Assembly: GCF_018350175.1 (NCBI RefSeq)
Contig: NC_058368.1
Coordinates: 146,012,001 to 146,076,000 of the forward strand
Reading direction: 5' to 3'
Source of the DNA: Felis catus
Taxonomy: Eukaryota
Length of the DNA: 64,000 bases
The position numbers and the translations under genes were made by a program. This document shows, piece by piece, positions 1 through 13,342 of this stretch; position 1 is the stretch's first letter, and each line of letters begins with the position of its first letter. The notes under the pieces were generated by a model that did no database searches, was not told the DNA's origin, and was given only the letters and a program-made list of their open reading frames with translations.

Positions 1-350
1 ACATCAATGTCCATTATAATAAAGTTTATTGTCCCACCTCAGTTGCCTGTCAACCTAACCATAAGAAACCTCTCTTCATTTAAAAAATTTTCTGGTTTAT
101 CAAGAAAACCTAAGAGTGAGAGAGGATGAGGAGAGAGGAAAACAACTGAGTTGAAGTCAGAAGAAAATCTTTGAGGAATACAAGATCATACCCACACCTG
201 GATTCCCATCCTCTAGGCTCCCACAGTCCCAAAAGCATTGCCACTGTTGTAATCACTCCTTTACATGACTATTCCCCTCAACTGTTAATGTTCAATTGTT
301 AATGGTTCAAAAGATCAAAAAGATCTTCCCTGAGAATATAAATGGAAGTT

Positions 351-563
351 GGGGCACCGGGATGGCTTAGTCAGGTTAAGTGACCTACTCTTGATTTCAC
401 CTCTGGTCATGCATGATCTCATGCTTCATGAGATCGAGCCCCAAGTCTGGCTGTGTGCTGACAGTGCAGAGCCTGACTGGGATTCTCTCTCTCCGCCCTT
501 TCCCCACGTGCGCACACAATCACACACACTTTCTCTCTCTCAAAATAAATAAACATTTTTTAA
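351..563 (+). mobile_element. Can-SINE (older SINEC type)
   Basis: GGGGCACC...GGCTTAGTCAGGTTAAG tRNA-like head, CT tract, AAAATAAATAAAC tail; degenerate TSD gaatataaatggaa / gaatgtaaatggaa. Confidence 0.93.
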
Positions 564-1483
564 AGGAATGTAAATGGAATAATCTTGAATCCCACTCCTT
601 GAAATGTAATTACTTACTAGAACTTATAACAGTTTTTCAAAAATCAAATAAAATGTGCAGAGTCAGTCTGAAGCATTCATTGTCTCTTTTGTTAACAAGA
701 GGGACGAGAAAGATTTGATGCTTAATTCCTATTAAGAAATCATAGTATTATACAAATTCTTTTCAGTTATAACAACATCAGTAAAATAGATGTTTTCTTT
801 GCCTTTTAGGCCAAAATATCCCTCTTACTTTTCACTTCTATTCTGGGTTTAGTCTTGCTTAAAATGAAATAAAAATCATGTGCAGTTTTCTCATACGTCA
901 GGTTTTTTCATATGTGAGGACATTTGCTTCCTTACTTCAGAGCAATGATCCTATTATTGTCCATTAGGAAATAATATCTTGGAGAGTGAGGGTTCACCAG
1001 TATATACATTGTGTTTATTTGGATTCTATCCCTTTGAGAAAATGGCAAATCCTTTCAGTATGCCAGTAAGGGAAGGGGTTTGCGTATACACAAAAGCAAA
1101 ACAACTTTGTTTTTAACAAATAATGTTTTAATCTGGTTCAAACAAGGATTTCTGTGCAATCCATTGGTTTATGTTACCACACAATAAATCTGATTCAGTT
1201 GTTTAATTGACAGGAAACTAGTTTGAATGGATTTATATTTTATTATTATTTTAAAGAAAAGAGCTCAGCCTCTAGGAATACTATCTTAAAAATCAGAGCT
1301 TAATTTCTTTTCAGAATTACAATTGCTCACTTCTCTCTCATGCTGTATTCTTTCTAAAAAGTTTTCTAAATTGTTTGTTAACCATTTCACAGCTATTACA
1401 CAATATCATGAAATAATGTGTCAATCTCAAAATATAACAGTGAAGAGATATTTATAAATAATACTAACAATGAAATAACCTCT

Positions 1484-1693
1484 GGGGCACCTGGGTGGCT
1501 CAGTCAGTTAAGCATCTGACTTCAGCGCACATCATGATCTCACAGTTCATGAGTTCAAGCCTCACATCAGGCTCTGTGCTGACAGCTCAGAGCCTAGAGC
1601 CTGCTTCACATTCTATGTCTCCCTCTCTCTGCCCCTCTCCCACTTGCACTCTCTAAATAAACAAACAAACATTTTTTTTAAAAATTAAAAAGA
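1484..1693 (+). mobile_element. Can-SINE (SINEC_Fc2-like)
   Basis: Typical head, CT tract and tail; TSD aatgaaataacctc at 1469-1482 and 1694-1707. Confidence 0.97.
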
Positions 1694-2299
1694 AATGAAA
1701 TAACCTCCACTTCTGCATTCTCTTGCAGACCTGCCCCCTCTTGTATGCCTTTAGCCACAGCCAGTCCAAAGCAGTGCCATAAGCCTGGAAGTGTGCAAGC
1801 AGCCCCTACATGGGCCAGACACATGCCAAAGTGACTCCTGCCTTGGGGAGAGGGGAGGAGAAGCGCACACACCAGTCCAGCTGTGGCCCCAGCAGTGGGC
1901 TGAGGGCAGACATCAATTCTGACCACAGGCATCATCCACTGATGAAAGCTTCTCAGGGGAAAACACAGGGAGAGCACCCTGCAGATCAGTGTCACTGCAG
2001 CTCTGGCAAAAGCCTAGTCTGACTCAACTCAATACCAACATGGCCACAGACTGGTTCTCTAACACCACAGGGAATAAAACCTGCCCACAACAGGCAAAGA
2101 GAGCCATTGCAGGTGATGGGGCTGAAGGCAAAGGCAACAACAGGGTGCACACAACACACATAGGAGACATCCCTGAAGTGCCAGGTTCTGGTGAACAGAG
2201 GACATTGCACTGCAGGGCACTACAGGACCTCTTCTTTGTAAGGCCACTACATAGGAGACCTCCCTAACACATAGAGACAGAAACGGAGAGTTAGACAAA

Positions 2300-3194
2300 A
2301 CGAAGAGACAGAAGGCTATGTCACAAATGAAAGAAAAGGACAAAAATCACAAGAGAGCTAAATGAAATGGAGATGAGTAATATGCTTGATAGAGAATTTA
2401 AAGTAATGGTCATAAAGATACTCACTGGGCTGGAGAAAAGAGTGGGGTACCTCAGTGTGACCCTCAACAAAGATATAGATTACATAAAAAAGAACCATTC
2501 AGATATTAAGAACTCAAAAAACTAAAATTAAAAATATACTCAAGGAAAAGAAAAAACAGTAGGGGGAGTGGAAATGGAAAGTGGAAGAACAGATCGGTGA
2601 CCTGCAGGGCAGAGTTCAACAATCAAGCTGAACGGAAAAGAGAAAAAATAATAATAAAATAGGAAAATAGCCTTAGGGAACTTAGCAACACCATGAAGCA
2701 TAATAACATTTGCATCATAGGGATCCCAGAAGGAAAAGACAGAGAAAAGAGAGCAGAAAATTTATTTGAAGAAATACTAGTTGAAAACTTCCTGTATATG
2801 GGAAAGAAAACAGAAATCCACAACCAGGAGTCACAGAGAGCCCCCAACAAAATCAATGAAAAGAGGTCCACACCAAGACACAGTAATTAAAATGGCAAAA
2901 AAGCAATGATAGAGAATTTTTAAGGCAGTAAGAGAAAAGAAAACAGTTACATACAAGAGAAACCCAATAAGGCTATATCAGCTGATTGTTCAGCAGAACC
3001 TTTGTAGGACAGAAGGGAATGGCATGATATATTCAAAGTGCTGGGGGGAAAAAGCAACTGCAACCAAGATCACTCTAACCAGAAAATGTTTCATTCAGAA
3101 TACAAGACATAAAGAGTTTTCCAGACAAACAAAATTAAAGGAATGCATCACCATTAAACCAGCTTTATAAGAAATGTTAAAGGGGACTCTCTAA
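2300..3194 (+). pseudogene. L1 ORF1 (RNA-binding chaperone), disrupted
   Basis: Start mutated to ACG then KRQKAMSQMKEK; NNICIIGIPEG...ENLFEEILVENF...RSTPRH motif at 2693-2890; ends MLKGTL*; frameshifts and stops. Confidence 0.9.
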
Positions 3195-3594
3195 GTAGAA
3201 GGAAAGACCATAAGCAGGAGTGACAAAAGTAGGAAGCAAAAAGTAGTAACATTAAGTACATCTATAAAAATCAGTCAAGGGCTACACAAATAAAAGGATG
3301 TAAATATGACATCATATACCTAAAATGAGGGAGGAGGGAAGAGGAATAAAAATTTAGTGCTCATAGAATGTGTTCAAACTTAAGAAACCATCAACTCAAT
3401 ATAGACTGTTTTAGGCATAAGACATTACATATAAACCTAATAGTAACCACAAATCAAAAGCCAGTAATAGATATGCAAAAAAAGAGAGAGGAATCCAAAT
3501 ATATCACTAAAGAAGGCCAGCAAACAATGAGATAAGAGAGCAAGAGAAGAAAAGAACAGAGAAGAACTCAAAACAACCACAAAACAAGTAAGAA

Positions 3595-6500
3595 ATGGCC
3601 ATAAGTACATATTTATCAACAATTACTTTGAATGTAAATGGACTAAATGCTCTAATCAAAAGCTATAGGGTGACAGAATAGATAAAAAAAAGCAAGATTC
3701 CTCTATATGCTGCCTACAAGAGACTCATTTCACACCTAAACACACATGCAGATTTATAGGGAAGGGATGGAAAAGCATTTATCATGTAAATGGAAATTAA
3801 AAGAAAGCCAAGGAAGCAATAATTATACCAGACAAAATACACTTTAGTATTATGTTTTTAATGTTTATTTTGAGAGAGAGAGACAGAGCCTAAGCAGGGG
3901 AGGGGCAGAGAGAGAAACACACACACACAGATTCGAAGCAGGCTCCAGGCTCTGAGCTGTCAGCACAGTGCCCAATGCAGGGCTCAAATTCATGAATGGT
4001 GAGACCATGACCTGAGCTGAAGTTGGATGCTTAACTGACTGAGCCACCCAGGTGCCCCAGGACAAAATACACTTTAAAACAAAGATACAAAGAAGGACAC
4101 TACATAATTATGAAGGGAACAAACAAGACAGAATAATATTTATGCATCCAACATGAAGTACCCAAATACTTAGAACAACTAATAACAGAAATAAAGGAAG
4201 TAATTGATAGTAATACAATAAAAGTAACCTTAACACCCACTTACATCAATAGATAGATCACCCAAACAGAAAACAAACAAGGAAACAGTGGCTTTGAATG
4301 ACACATTGAACCAGATGGCTCTAACAGATATATTCAGAACATTCCATCCTAAAACAGCAGAATACACATTCTGTTTAAGTGTACATGGAACATTCTCCAG
4401 AATCACATGTTAGGCCACAAAAAAAAAGTCTCAACAAATACAATAGGATTGAAGTCATACCATCCATCTTCTCAAACCACACATTATGAAACTAGAAACC
4501 AACCACAAGAAAAAATCTGGAAAGAACACAAATACATGGAATTTTAATAACATGCTAGTAAACAATGAATGGTCAACCAAGAAATCAAAGAAGAAAAAAA
4601 TGAAGACAAATGAAAATGAAAACACAAGGGTCCAAAGTCTATGGGATGGAGCAAAAGTGGTCCTAAGAGGGAAGTTTTTAGCAATACAGGTCTACCTCAA
4701 AAAGGAAGAAAAATCTCAAATAAACAACCTGACTTTACAGCTAACAGAACTGTAAAAAGAACAAACAAAACCCAAAAACAGTAGAAGGAAGAAAGTAAAA
4801 TAAATTAAAAAAAATAAAATAAAATAATAAAATAAAATAAATAAAAACAAAGCAGAAATAAATGAAATAGAAACTGAAAAAATAATAGAACAGATCAATG
4901 AAATGGGGAGCTGATGTTTTGAAGACATCAACAAAATTGATAATCATTTAGCCAGACTCATTAAAAAAAGAAACAAACAAAACAAAAAGACTCAAATAAA
5001 ATCAAAAATTAAAGAGGAGCAATGATAAATGACACCACAGAAATACAAAGGATTATAAAAGAATATTATGAAAAATTATATGCCAACAAATTGGACACCC
5101 TAGAAGAGATTGATAAATTCCTAGAAACATAACCTCTCAAAACTGAATCTGGAAGAAATAGGGAATTTGAACAGACCAATTATCAGCAATGAAATTGAAT
5201 CACTAATCAAAATACTACCAGCAAGCAAAAGTCCAGGATCAGATGGTTTCACAGATGAATTCTACAAAACATTTAAAGAAGAGTTCAATACCTATTCTCA
5301 AACTATTCCAAAAAATAGAAGAGGAAGGAAAACTTGCAGATTAATTCTGTGAGTCCAGCATTACCCCAATACCAAATCCACAAAAGTCACTACAAAAAAA
5401 GAGACTAATATCTCTGATGAACATAGATGCGAAAATCCTCAACAAAATATTAGCAAACTAGATCTAACAATACACTTAAAAAAATCATTCACCGTGATCA
5501 AATGGGATTTATTCCTGGGATGCAAGGTTGGTTTAATAGTCACAAATCAATCAACATGATACATAACATCAGTGAGAGAAAGGATAAAAACCATACAGTC
5601 ATTTCAATAGACAGAAAAAGCCTTTAACAAAGTGTAACACCCATTCATGATAAAAAAAAAATCTCAACAAGTAGGTTTAGAGGGAACATATCTCAACATA
5701 TTAAAGGCCATGTATGAAAAACTCACAGTTAACATCATACTCAATGATGAAAAATAGAATTTTTCCCAAAGATCAACAAGACAGGGATGTCTACTCTCAC
5801 CACTTTAATTCAACCTAGCACTAGAATTCCTAGCCACAGCAATCAGACAAGAAAAAGAAATAAAAGGCATCCAAATGGGTAAGGAAGAAGTAAAACTTGC
5901 ACTATTTACAGATGACAGAATACTCTATAAAGAGAGCCCTAAGACCCCTCCAAAAAACTACTAGAACTGAAGTTTACTGAAGTGAATTCACTTAAGTGAA
6001 TTCAGTAAGGTTACAGGATACAAAATCAATATACAGAAATCCATTGTATCTGTATATATTAATAATGAAGCAGAAGAAATCGAAATTAAGAAAACAGTCC
6101 TATGTACATTTGCACCAAAAATGATAAAATGCCTAGGAATCAACTTAACTAAGGAGGTGAAAGTCCTATAAACTGAAAACTATAAAGTATTGATGAAAGA
6201 AATTGAAAACCATACAAGCAATTGAAAGATATTCCATGCTTATGGATTGGAAGAGCAAATTTGTTAAAATGTCCATACTACCCAAAGCAATCTACGGATT
6301 TAATGCAACCCGTATCGAAATACCAACAGCATTTTTCACATAAGTGGAACAGATAATCTTAAAATGCTTATGAAACCAAGAAGACCCAAATACTCAAAGC
6401 AATCTTGAAAAAGAAGAACAAAACTGGAGATACTACAATCCCAGATTTCAAGATATACTACAAAGCTTTAGTAACCAAAACAGTATGGCACCTGCACAAA

Positions 6501-7652
6501 AATAGACCTATAGATCAATGGAACAGAATAGAGACCCAGAAAGAAACTCACGATTATATAGTTAATTAATTTTCAACAAAGGAGACCCAGGTATAAACTC
6601 ACGATTATATAGTTAATTAATTTTCAACAAAGGAGGCAAAATTATGCAATAGGAAAAGGATAGTCTCCACAACAGTGGTTTTGGGAAAACTGAACAGCTA
6701 CATGCACAAGAGTGAAACTAAACTACTTTCTTACACCATATACACATACAAACTCAAAGTGGTTTAAAGAACTAAATGTGAAACCTGAAACCAAAAAGAT
6801 CCTAGAAGGGAAAACAAGCAATCATTTCTCTGATTGCAGTAGTAACATTTTTTTAGATGTGTGTCTTGAAGTAAGAAAAACAAAAGCAAAAATGAACTTT
6901 TGGGACTATATCAAAATAAAAACCTTCTGCACAGCAAAGGAAATAATCAACAAATCTAAAAGACAACCTACTGAATGGGAGAAGATATTGCAAATGACAT
7001 ATCTGATAAAAGGTTAGTATCCAAAGTATATTAAGAACTTATACAACTCAACACCCAAAAAACAATCCAAATAAATGGGCAAAATACAAGAACAGACATT
7101 TCTCTGAAGATGTACAAATGGCCAACAGATATATGAAAAAATGCTCAACATCATTGATTATCAGAGAAATGCAAATCAAAATTACAATGAGATATTGCTT
7201 CACACCTGTCAGAAAGGCTAAAATCAAAAACGCAAGAAACAAAAAAGTGTGGTAAGGATGTGGAGAAAAAGGAGCCCTCTTCTACTGTCGGTGGAAATGC
7301 AAACTGGTACAGCCCCTGGGGAAAACAGTACTGAGGTTCCTCAAAAAATTAAAAATAGTATTACCACATGTTCTAGTAATTCCACTACTGGGTATTTACC
7401 TAAAAAATATAAAAGCAATAATTTATATTGTTATAAATTATTTTCAGTAGCTAAGATATGGAAGCAACCAAGTGTCCATCAATAGAAAAATGGGTAAGTG
7501 GTATATACATACAATGGAACATTACTCAGCCATCAAATTAATGAGAGCTTGTGATTTGCAATAACATGAATGGATCTAGAGAGTACAATGGTAAGTGAAA
7601 TAAGTCAGAGAGAGATAAGTACCATATGATTTCATTCATATGTAGAATTTAA
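3595..7652 (+). pseudogene. L1 ORF2 (endonuclease / reverse transcriptase), disrupted
   Basis: MAISTYLSTITLNVNGLN endonuclease start; KSPGSDGFTDEFYKTFKEE; RT motif read as LFTDD near 5902; C-terminal YHMISFICRI*; many stops, frameshifts and a SINE insertion. Confidence 0.93.
3847..4058 (-). mobile_element. Can-SINE inserted into L1 ORF2
   Basis: TSD gacaaaatacacttta at 3831-3846 and 4061-4076. Confidence 0.97.
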
Positions 7653-8034
7653 GAAGCAAAACAAACCAACAAATTAAAAAAAGAGATGAGTCAAAAAATA
7701 GACTCTTAACTATACAAAACAAACTGATGGTCACCAGAGGAGAGGTAGATGGTTGTATGGGTGAAATATGTGAAGGGTATTAAGAGTACACTGATTGTAA
7801 TGAACACTGAGTAATGTATGGAATTTTCAAATCACTATATTGTATACCTGCAACAAATATAAAGCTGTATGTTAATTATACTGGAATTAAAATAAATAAA
7901 CAAATAAATAAATAAAACTTTAATACATGTCTAGAGTTTTATTTACCAAACAAATGATAATCATCTGGTTTGCCTCGTCTACCATCTTGTATATTAAATG
8001 GACAATACTCTCCTCTTTCTCCAATTTAATTTTG

Positions 8035-8241
8035 TATAAAATTTTAAATATTGTATTTATTTATTTATTTTTGAGAGAGAGTGTGGGGGAGGGGCGGAGA
8101 GAGAGGGAGACACAGAATCTGAAGCATGCTCCAGGGTCTGAGCTGTCAGCACAGAGACCAACACGGGGCTCAAACCCACAAACCCCAAGATCATGACATG
8201 GGCCAAAGTTGGCTTAACTGACTGAACCACCCAGGCGCCCC
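8035..8241 (-). mobile_element. Can-SINE (SINEC_Fc2-like)
   Basis: Reverse head ccaggcgcccc; TSD tctccaa(t/c)ttaattttg at 8018-8034 and 8242-8258. Confidence 0.96.
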
Positions 8242-8559
8242 TCTCCAACTTAATTTTGCACTCATTTACTGTGTTTAAAGATATTATTAATTAATAAATA
8301 AATCCTAGTAGAAAATGGGAGATACTGAGCAGACTGGAAAGACATTTTTCTAGCAATTGTAATTTTTATGGTTCATATATTCTGTATTGGTAGAAAAGGG
8401 AAGCTTTCTATCTTCTGGATCTGAAGCAAAACTTACTTGTTTTTATTTTTGACAAAAATTTCTAAAACCATAGTTCCTTGTAATATCAGAAAAATTAGTG
8501 AATTTTTTAAATCAGATTTACAAAGAGAAGAATAAAAATGTTGACCATTTTTGCCTTTT

Positions 8560-8768
8560 TTTGGATGTTTATGTTATTTTGTGTGAGAGAGAAAAAGAGA
8601 GCATGAGTAGGGGAGGAGCAGAGAGAGAGGGGAACAGAGAATCCCAAGCAGGCTCTGCACTGACAGCAGTGAGCATGATGCAGGGCTTGAACTCATGAAT
8701 CATGAGATCATGAGTTCATGACCTGAGCAAAAGCAGATGCTCAACTGATTGAGACACACAGGTGCCCC
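8560..8768 (-). mobile_element. Can-SINE (older type)
   Basis: Reverse head ggtgcccc, GA tract; TSD cattttt(g/a)cctttt. Confidence 0.93.
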
Positions 8769-8943
8769 CATTTTTACCTTTTTTATAGAACTTTTTGCAG
8801 AACTTTTCTCCTTCTCTATTTGATTATGATGCACCTTGTTTATTGTGCTTGAGATTTATTGAATATCTTCAATATGTGGGTTTATAGTTTCATTAACTTA
8901 AAAAAATTACCTTAACTGTTTCTTAAAATATGTTTATGTCTCA

Positions 8944-9033
8944 GGGCACCTGGCTGGCTCAGTCAGTGGAGTGTGCAGTCTTGATCTTGAGGTCATGAGT
9001 TCAAGCTCCATATTGAGTACAGAGATTACTTAA
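8944..9033 (+). mobile_element. Short tRNA-derived Can-SINE without CT tract
   Basis: gggcacctggctggctcagtc...agagattacttaaa; TSD atgtctca brackets the element plus its (TA)n tail. Confidence 0.88.
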
Positions 9034-9070
<37 letters not shown>

Positions 9071-9112
9071 TATATGTGTATATATATATATATATATATA
9101 CACATATATATA

Positions 9113-9168
<56 letters not shown>
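9034..9168. repeat. Compound (TA)n/(CA)/(TG) microsatellite
   Basis: Seen directly; occupies the SINE tail position. Confidence 0.98.
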
Positions 9169-9169
<1 letters not shown>

Positions 9170-9381
9170 GTCTCACCCCCATCTATCCTGCTTTTCAGGA
9201 ATTCTGTATGTATATTTGATCATTTGAAGTCATCCCAGAGATCACTGACTCTCTGTTCTTTCTTGTTTTTTAGACTTTTTCTCTTCCTTTTTTAAAAATT
9301 TTGGGTGATTTCTATTGCTATATCTTCTAGCTTTGTAATCTTTTCTACTGCAAGGTCTAATATGCTGTTAATCCCAGCAAA

Positions 9382-9600
9382 TTTTTATTTTTTTATTAAA
9401 AAATTTTTTTTAATGTTTATTTTTGAAAGAGACAGAGACAGATGCGAGTGGGTTAGGGGCAGAGAGAGAGAAGCACAGAATCCAAAGCAGGCTCTAGGCT
9501 CCAAGCTGTCAGCACAGAGCCCAACGTGGGGCTCGAACCCATGAGCTGTGAGATCATGACCTGAGTCGAAGTCGGACGCTCAACCGACTGAGCCACCCAG
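9382..9600 (-). mobile_element. Can-SINE (SINEC_Fc2-like) lacking its first few bases
   Basis: CpG-rich body; ends at agccacccag without gcgcccc; no TSD. Confidence 0.95.
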
Positions 9601-10549
9601 TTGCTTAAAGTTCTGTTGTTTTTGTATTTCCCATGTCTTTACTTGTTCAATCTTATTTCTAGCTTCGTTATTATTGGAATGCAATTATAGTAATAGCTAC
9701 TTAAATATCCTAATCTATCTTCAGTGTCAACTATAGGTCAGTTCCAAATGACTGATTTATCCTCTAATTATTTTCTTTCTGCTTTGCATACCTTCAGATG
9801 CCAGACATTGTGAACTGTACTTTGTTGCATCCTGGATATTTTTGTTTACCTATAAATATTCTTGAATTCTATTCTGGCACTAAGATAGTTTATTCCTGTT
9901 GGATCTTATTTTGAAGCTTGGCTAGCAGAATCACAGCAACATTTAGTGTAGGGTTAATTTTCCCCCACAGTTCTTGCAAGACTCTTCTTAGTACTCTAAT
10001 CAGTACTCTAATCATTGCCCTCTGAATTATGAGGTTCTTCTCTCTCAATGTTCAAAATCAGCCCTATTCCTGGCCCTGTGTGAACTCTGAGTACTATTTC
10101 CTCTCATTCTTTCAGAAGGTGTTTTTCCCCCCCAGCTTCAGATAATTTCTTCACACCCATGCTCTGATCAGTACGCAATTGAATGCCCCTTTGCAGATCC
10201 CTGGAGTTCTCTGTACAGCTTTCTCCTGTCTGTGCTCTGTCATCTTGAAACACCTTGCCTTCCCCAGATGCACAACTGTCCCCTCAACTCATGAGATCAG
10301 TGGGCCCTACCTGGCTTCCCCTCCTTTGCTGTGGCCTGGAAACTTTCTTTAGGCAGTAAGCCAGGCAGTTGTAAGACCCACCTGATTTGTTTTCTGTCTC
10401 TTAGAGATCCTTCTCTGCATGATGTCCAGTGTTTTGAAAGTTGTTGTTTATATATTTTGTCTGGTTTTCTAATGGTTTCAGGCAGGAGGGTAAATTCAAT
10501 ACTTATTACTCCACTGGAAGCAGATTTTCCAGGATGGCATTTAAAATAT

Positions 10550-11105
10550 AAATAATCTTATGTCAGTCCTTTGCTCCAAATCCCCAAATGGTTTCCCTTC
10601 ACATACTCCTTACCAAAGTCCTCAAGACTCTACATGTTTTGGGCCCCACTTACATCTCAGATTTCATCTACCATTCTCTCACCCCACATTACTCTCTTCC
10701 AACTCTCTTCTGGTTGTCTTACCATTCTTCCAATATGCTGAGATGGTTCTTGCCTCAGGGCCTTTACTCTAGTAGATGTCACCACCTGAAACATCTTTTC
10801 TCCAGATTTGCCAATAGCTGACTCATTTTCTTTCATTCAGGACTCTACTTAAATATCCCCTTCTCAGCAGGGCATCCTATCTAAAATAGCTCCGTATTTC
10901 CCCTTCACTTTATTTCCTTTTACTAAATATTCCTTATCTCTGAAATTATATAATTATTTACTTATTTGCTTATTGTCTGTTTCCCCTATAAAATAAAGGA
11001 ATGACTTTTTGTAATTCACTACTTTGTCTTCAGAACTTACAACATTGTTTGGCACTAAGTAGGTGCTTATTACATTACAGATTTATAGCATGTGTGGATG
11101 GATAG
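10550..11105 (+). mobile_element. L2 3' region
   Basis: gcctcagggcctttact...; tggcactaagtaggtgctt...tggatggat terminal motifs. Confidence 0.75.
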
Positions 11106-13171
11106 AGGAATGCATATAAAATCAAAGTTAAAGGCCAACAGAGAATCTACATGGGAAGTTAGGTATTGAGTCACATTTCAAGCAACTCTTGTGTCATCAG
11201 CTGACAGGAGGTTGCTAGATAAAGAAACATGTTTTTCTAGAAAATGGGGGTTAAAACTTATCGTCTCCTTGCTTCTTCAGAACTTAAAGGAAATCCACAT
11301 TCCCAGCAGTCAGAAGATGCACGTGTGAAGATTTGCTCTGATGACCTCCCACCCCTGATTTTTGTTGCTTTTTTGTTGTTGTTGCTTCAGCTGTTGTTTC
11401 TCTTTCCTTTGTCTGACAGAATTCTGTATGTGGCTTGAAAGGCAAGTTCTCTACCCCATAGCTGGCTGGCTGCATTCATGGTTCTTTCATCTTACATCCT
11501 GTAGGGCTACTTACTTTTGCTCTGTATGGCCAGCGATCCCTTTCCTTTGTAGAGTCTGATACAACTTTGCTACTTTATAAGACATAAAGATAAATCTTTA
11601 GCTACAGAGAACACATCCTCTCAAAACTCCTGTGCCATCTTTCAAAGTCATCATTAGGAACACATTTCTCTCCACTAATAAATCTGCCACATCTCCTATG
11701 GCTTGGCTGAAGTCCCTCTGTCACTTGTGTTTGCTACTGAAATGTCAAGCATCCTCAAATATAGCATGTTCTACACCATAGTTTCAAGATGCAAAATTTG
11801 GAAATTAGTATTGGGTATTATTAGACCTGATGCAGTGGATATTCTCCACTGAATTTTTAAGTGTGAAAATACAATTATTTTTTCTAGATGAAAGCACATC
11901 TGCTAGGAAGCAAATATGTAGATATTACCTATGTCCCCTTATTTATAAATTTATGCATCTGTAAAATATTATATATTCCTTTTTGGAGGAAAGGTTCTCT
12001 CACTTCCCTCACCAAACTTTTCACGGTAAACTTACATTTAGTGACTTACCGCATTATGCATTGATACAAAGAATATTTACTTTGATATCTTTTCCCTAAA
12101 GTGTTACTATAGTAGGACTGATGGGGAGATAAGTTATTTGAGGAGAGGAGTCAAGATTTCTTGACTTGATAAACTCCTGTTTCCATAATGGTTATACAAG
12201 ATCACATTACTTCAGGAATATTTGATTGAAGTTGTTCATGAATTGATCTGGGAAGCTAATGGCCATATATAACATTGGTTTCTCTGAGAAAGTGTATTCT
12301 GAATTATAGATAACCACCTTCCATTTAAGCTTTTGGAACACAGTCCCTCTATAAGTTGGGAGCTCTCTGTATTCAGGAAATGAAAAAACATAATTGATAG
12401 TAAGAGCCTCTGGGGAGAAGAGATAAATCCACTCCCACATAAAAAGTAAATCCAAGGAAGGGAGAAGTTGGCCTTCTTGTGAAAGAGAACGTTTTGGCAG
12501 AATGGAAAGTGTGAATTAAGTTATGGAATCTGAGTCATAGTCCCATCTCTGTTACTCTCAACCAGTTTTCTCATCTATCAATTCATGACATTGGCCTTGA
12601 TCAGGTCTCTGATTCTCAAAGATTGGAGGACCAGAAGAATGGCCATTTGGAGGCTCTCTTGCCATTTCCATGTGACCACTGAACCTCGAGTTTTCCAGTT
12701 TGTTTCCCTTCAAGTTCTCAGCCTGCATGTCTCCCAGGCCGCAAGTTTTCTGAAGCCAGCAGTCTACAGAGGTCGTCCTCTGGAACTAGATCTCAGCAAA
12801 ACTGAAGAGGTGGCTAATTTAGTCTTCAGTCCCCCTTTTTCACTCTAATCCTAGTGCTGCCCTTCCTGGTGCCCTAAAATTCCCTTTGACTTTTTGGTCA
12901 TTCCTTCCCCTGTCAAAACACCCATTAATAATGGTTTAAATGACTTAAAGGCTCCATACACTTCTTTCTGGAGTGTGTGCTTTATAATGCAAGAGAAAAT
13001 CTCTCACTGAGTCAAAGGAATTAATCTCTAATTGTTGAATCTTAGGCATTAGTGTGTTAGGCAGGTAGGAACTCAAAGAAGGGGAAGAGGATTCTTTCAG
13101 CACCTAAGAAATCATGCTATGTATATAACCAATTTATTTTACTAGCCCTTTGAGAGGCTGATAGCACAATA

Positions 13172-13342
13172 GTGGTTCTCAACTCGGGCTGCACATTAGA
13201 ACCTCTGAGTTTTAAATAAATATCTGATGCCACAAGCCCTTCCTACAGATTCTTACTTAATTGGTCCAGGGTGGAATATGAGCACCAGAATATTTTTAAA
13301 GCTTTGCATATAGTTCTAATGGGAAGCCAAAATTTAAAGGCA
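13172..13342. mobile_element. MER5-like hAT-Charlie relic
   Basis: agtggttctcaac...gctgcacattagaa...cagattct...aattggtc...ttctaatg. Confidence 0.7.

Larger units (their letters stand above)
1715..7917 (+). mobile_element. Near-full-length decayed LINE-1 (carnivore L1_Carn-like): partial 5' UTR, ORF1, inter-ORF spacer, ORF2, 3' UTR, A-rich tail
   Basis: ORF1 and ORF2 motifs in order; 3' UTR ends in an (AAAT)n tail at about 7890-7917; 5' start approximate; no convincing TSD. Confidence 0.95.
8800..10525 (-). mobile_element. Ancient L1M (L1MC/MD-like) 5' end and ORF1 region, interrupted by two SINEs
   Basis: Resembles antisense L1M ORF1 (tgtgggtttatagtttcat...) and the L1M 5' terminus (caggcaggagggtaaat...ttactcca...gaagcag). 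Confidence 0.7.
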
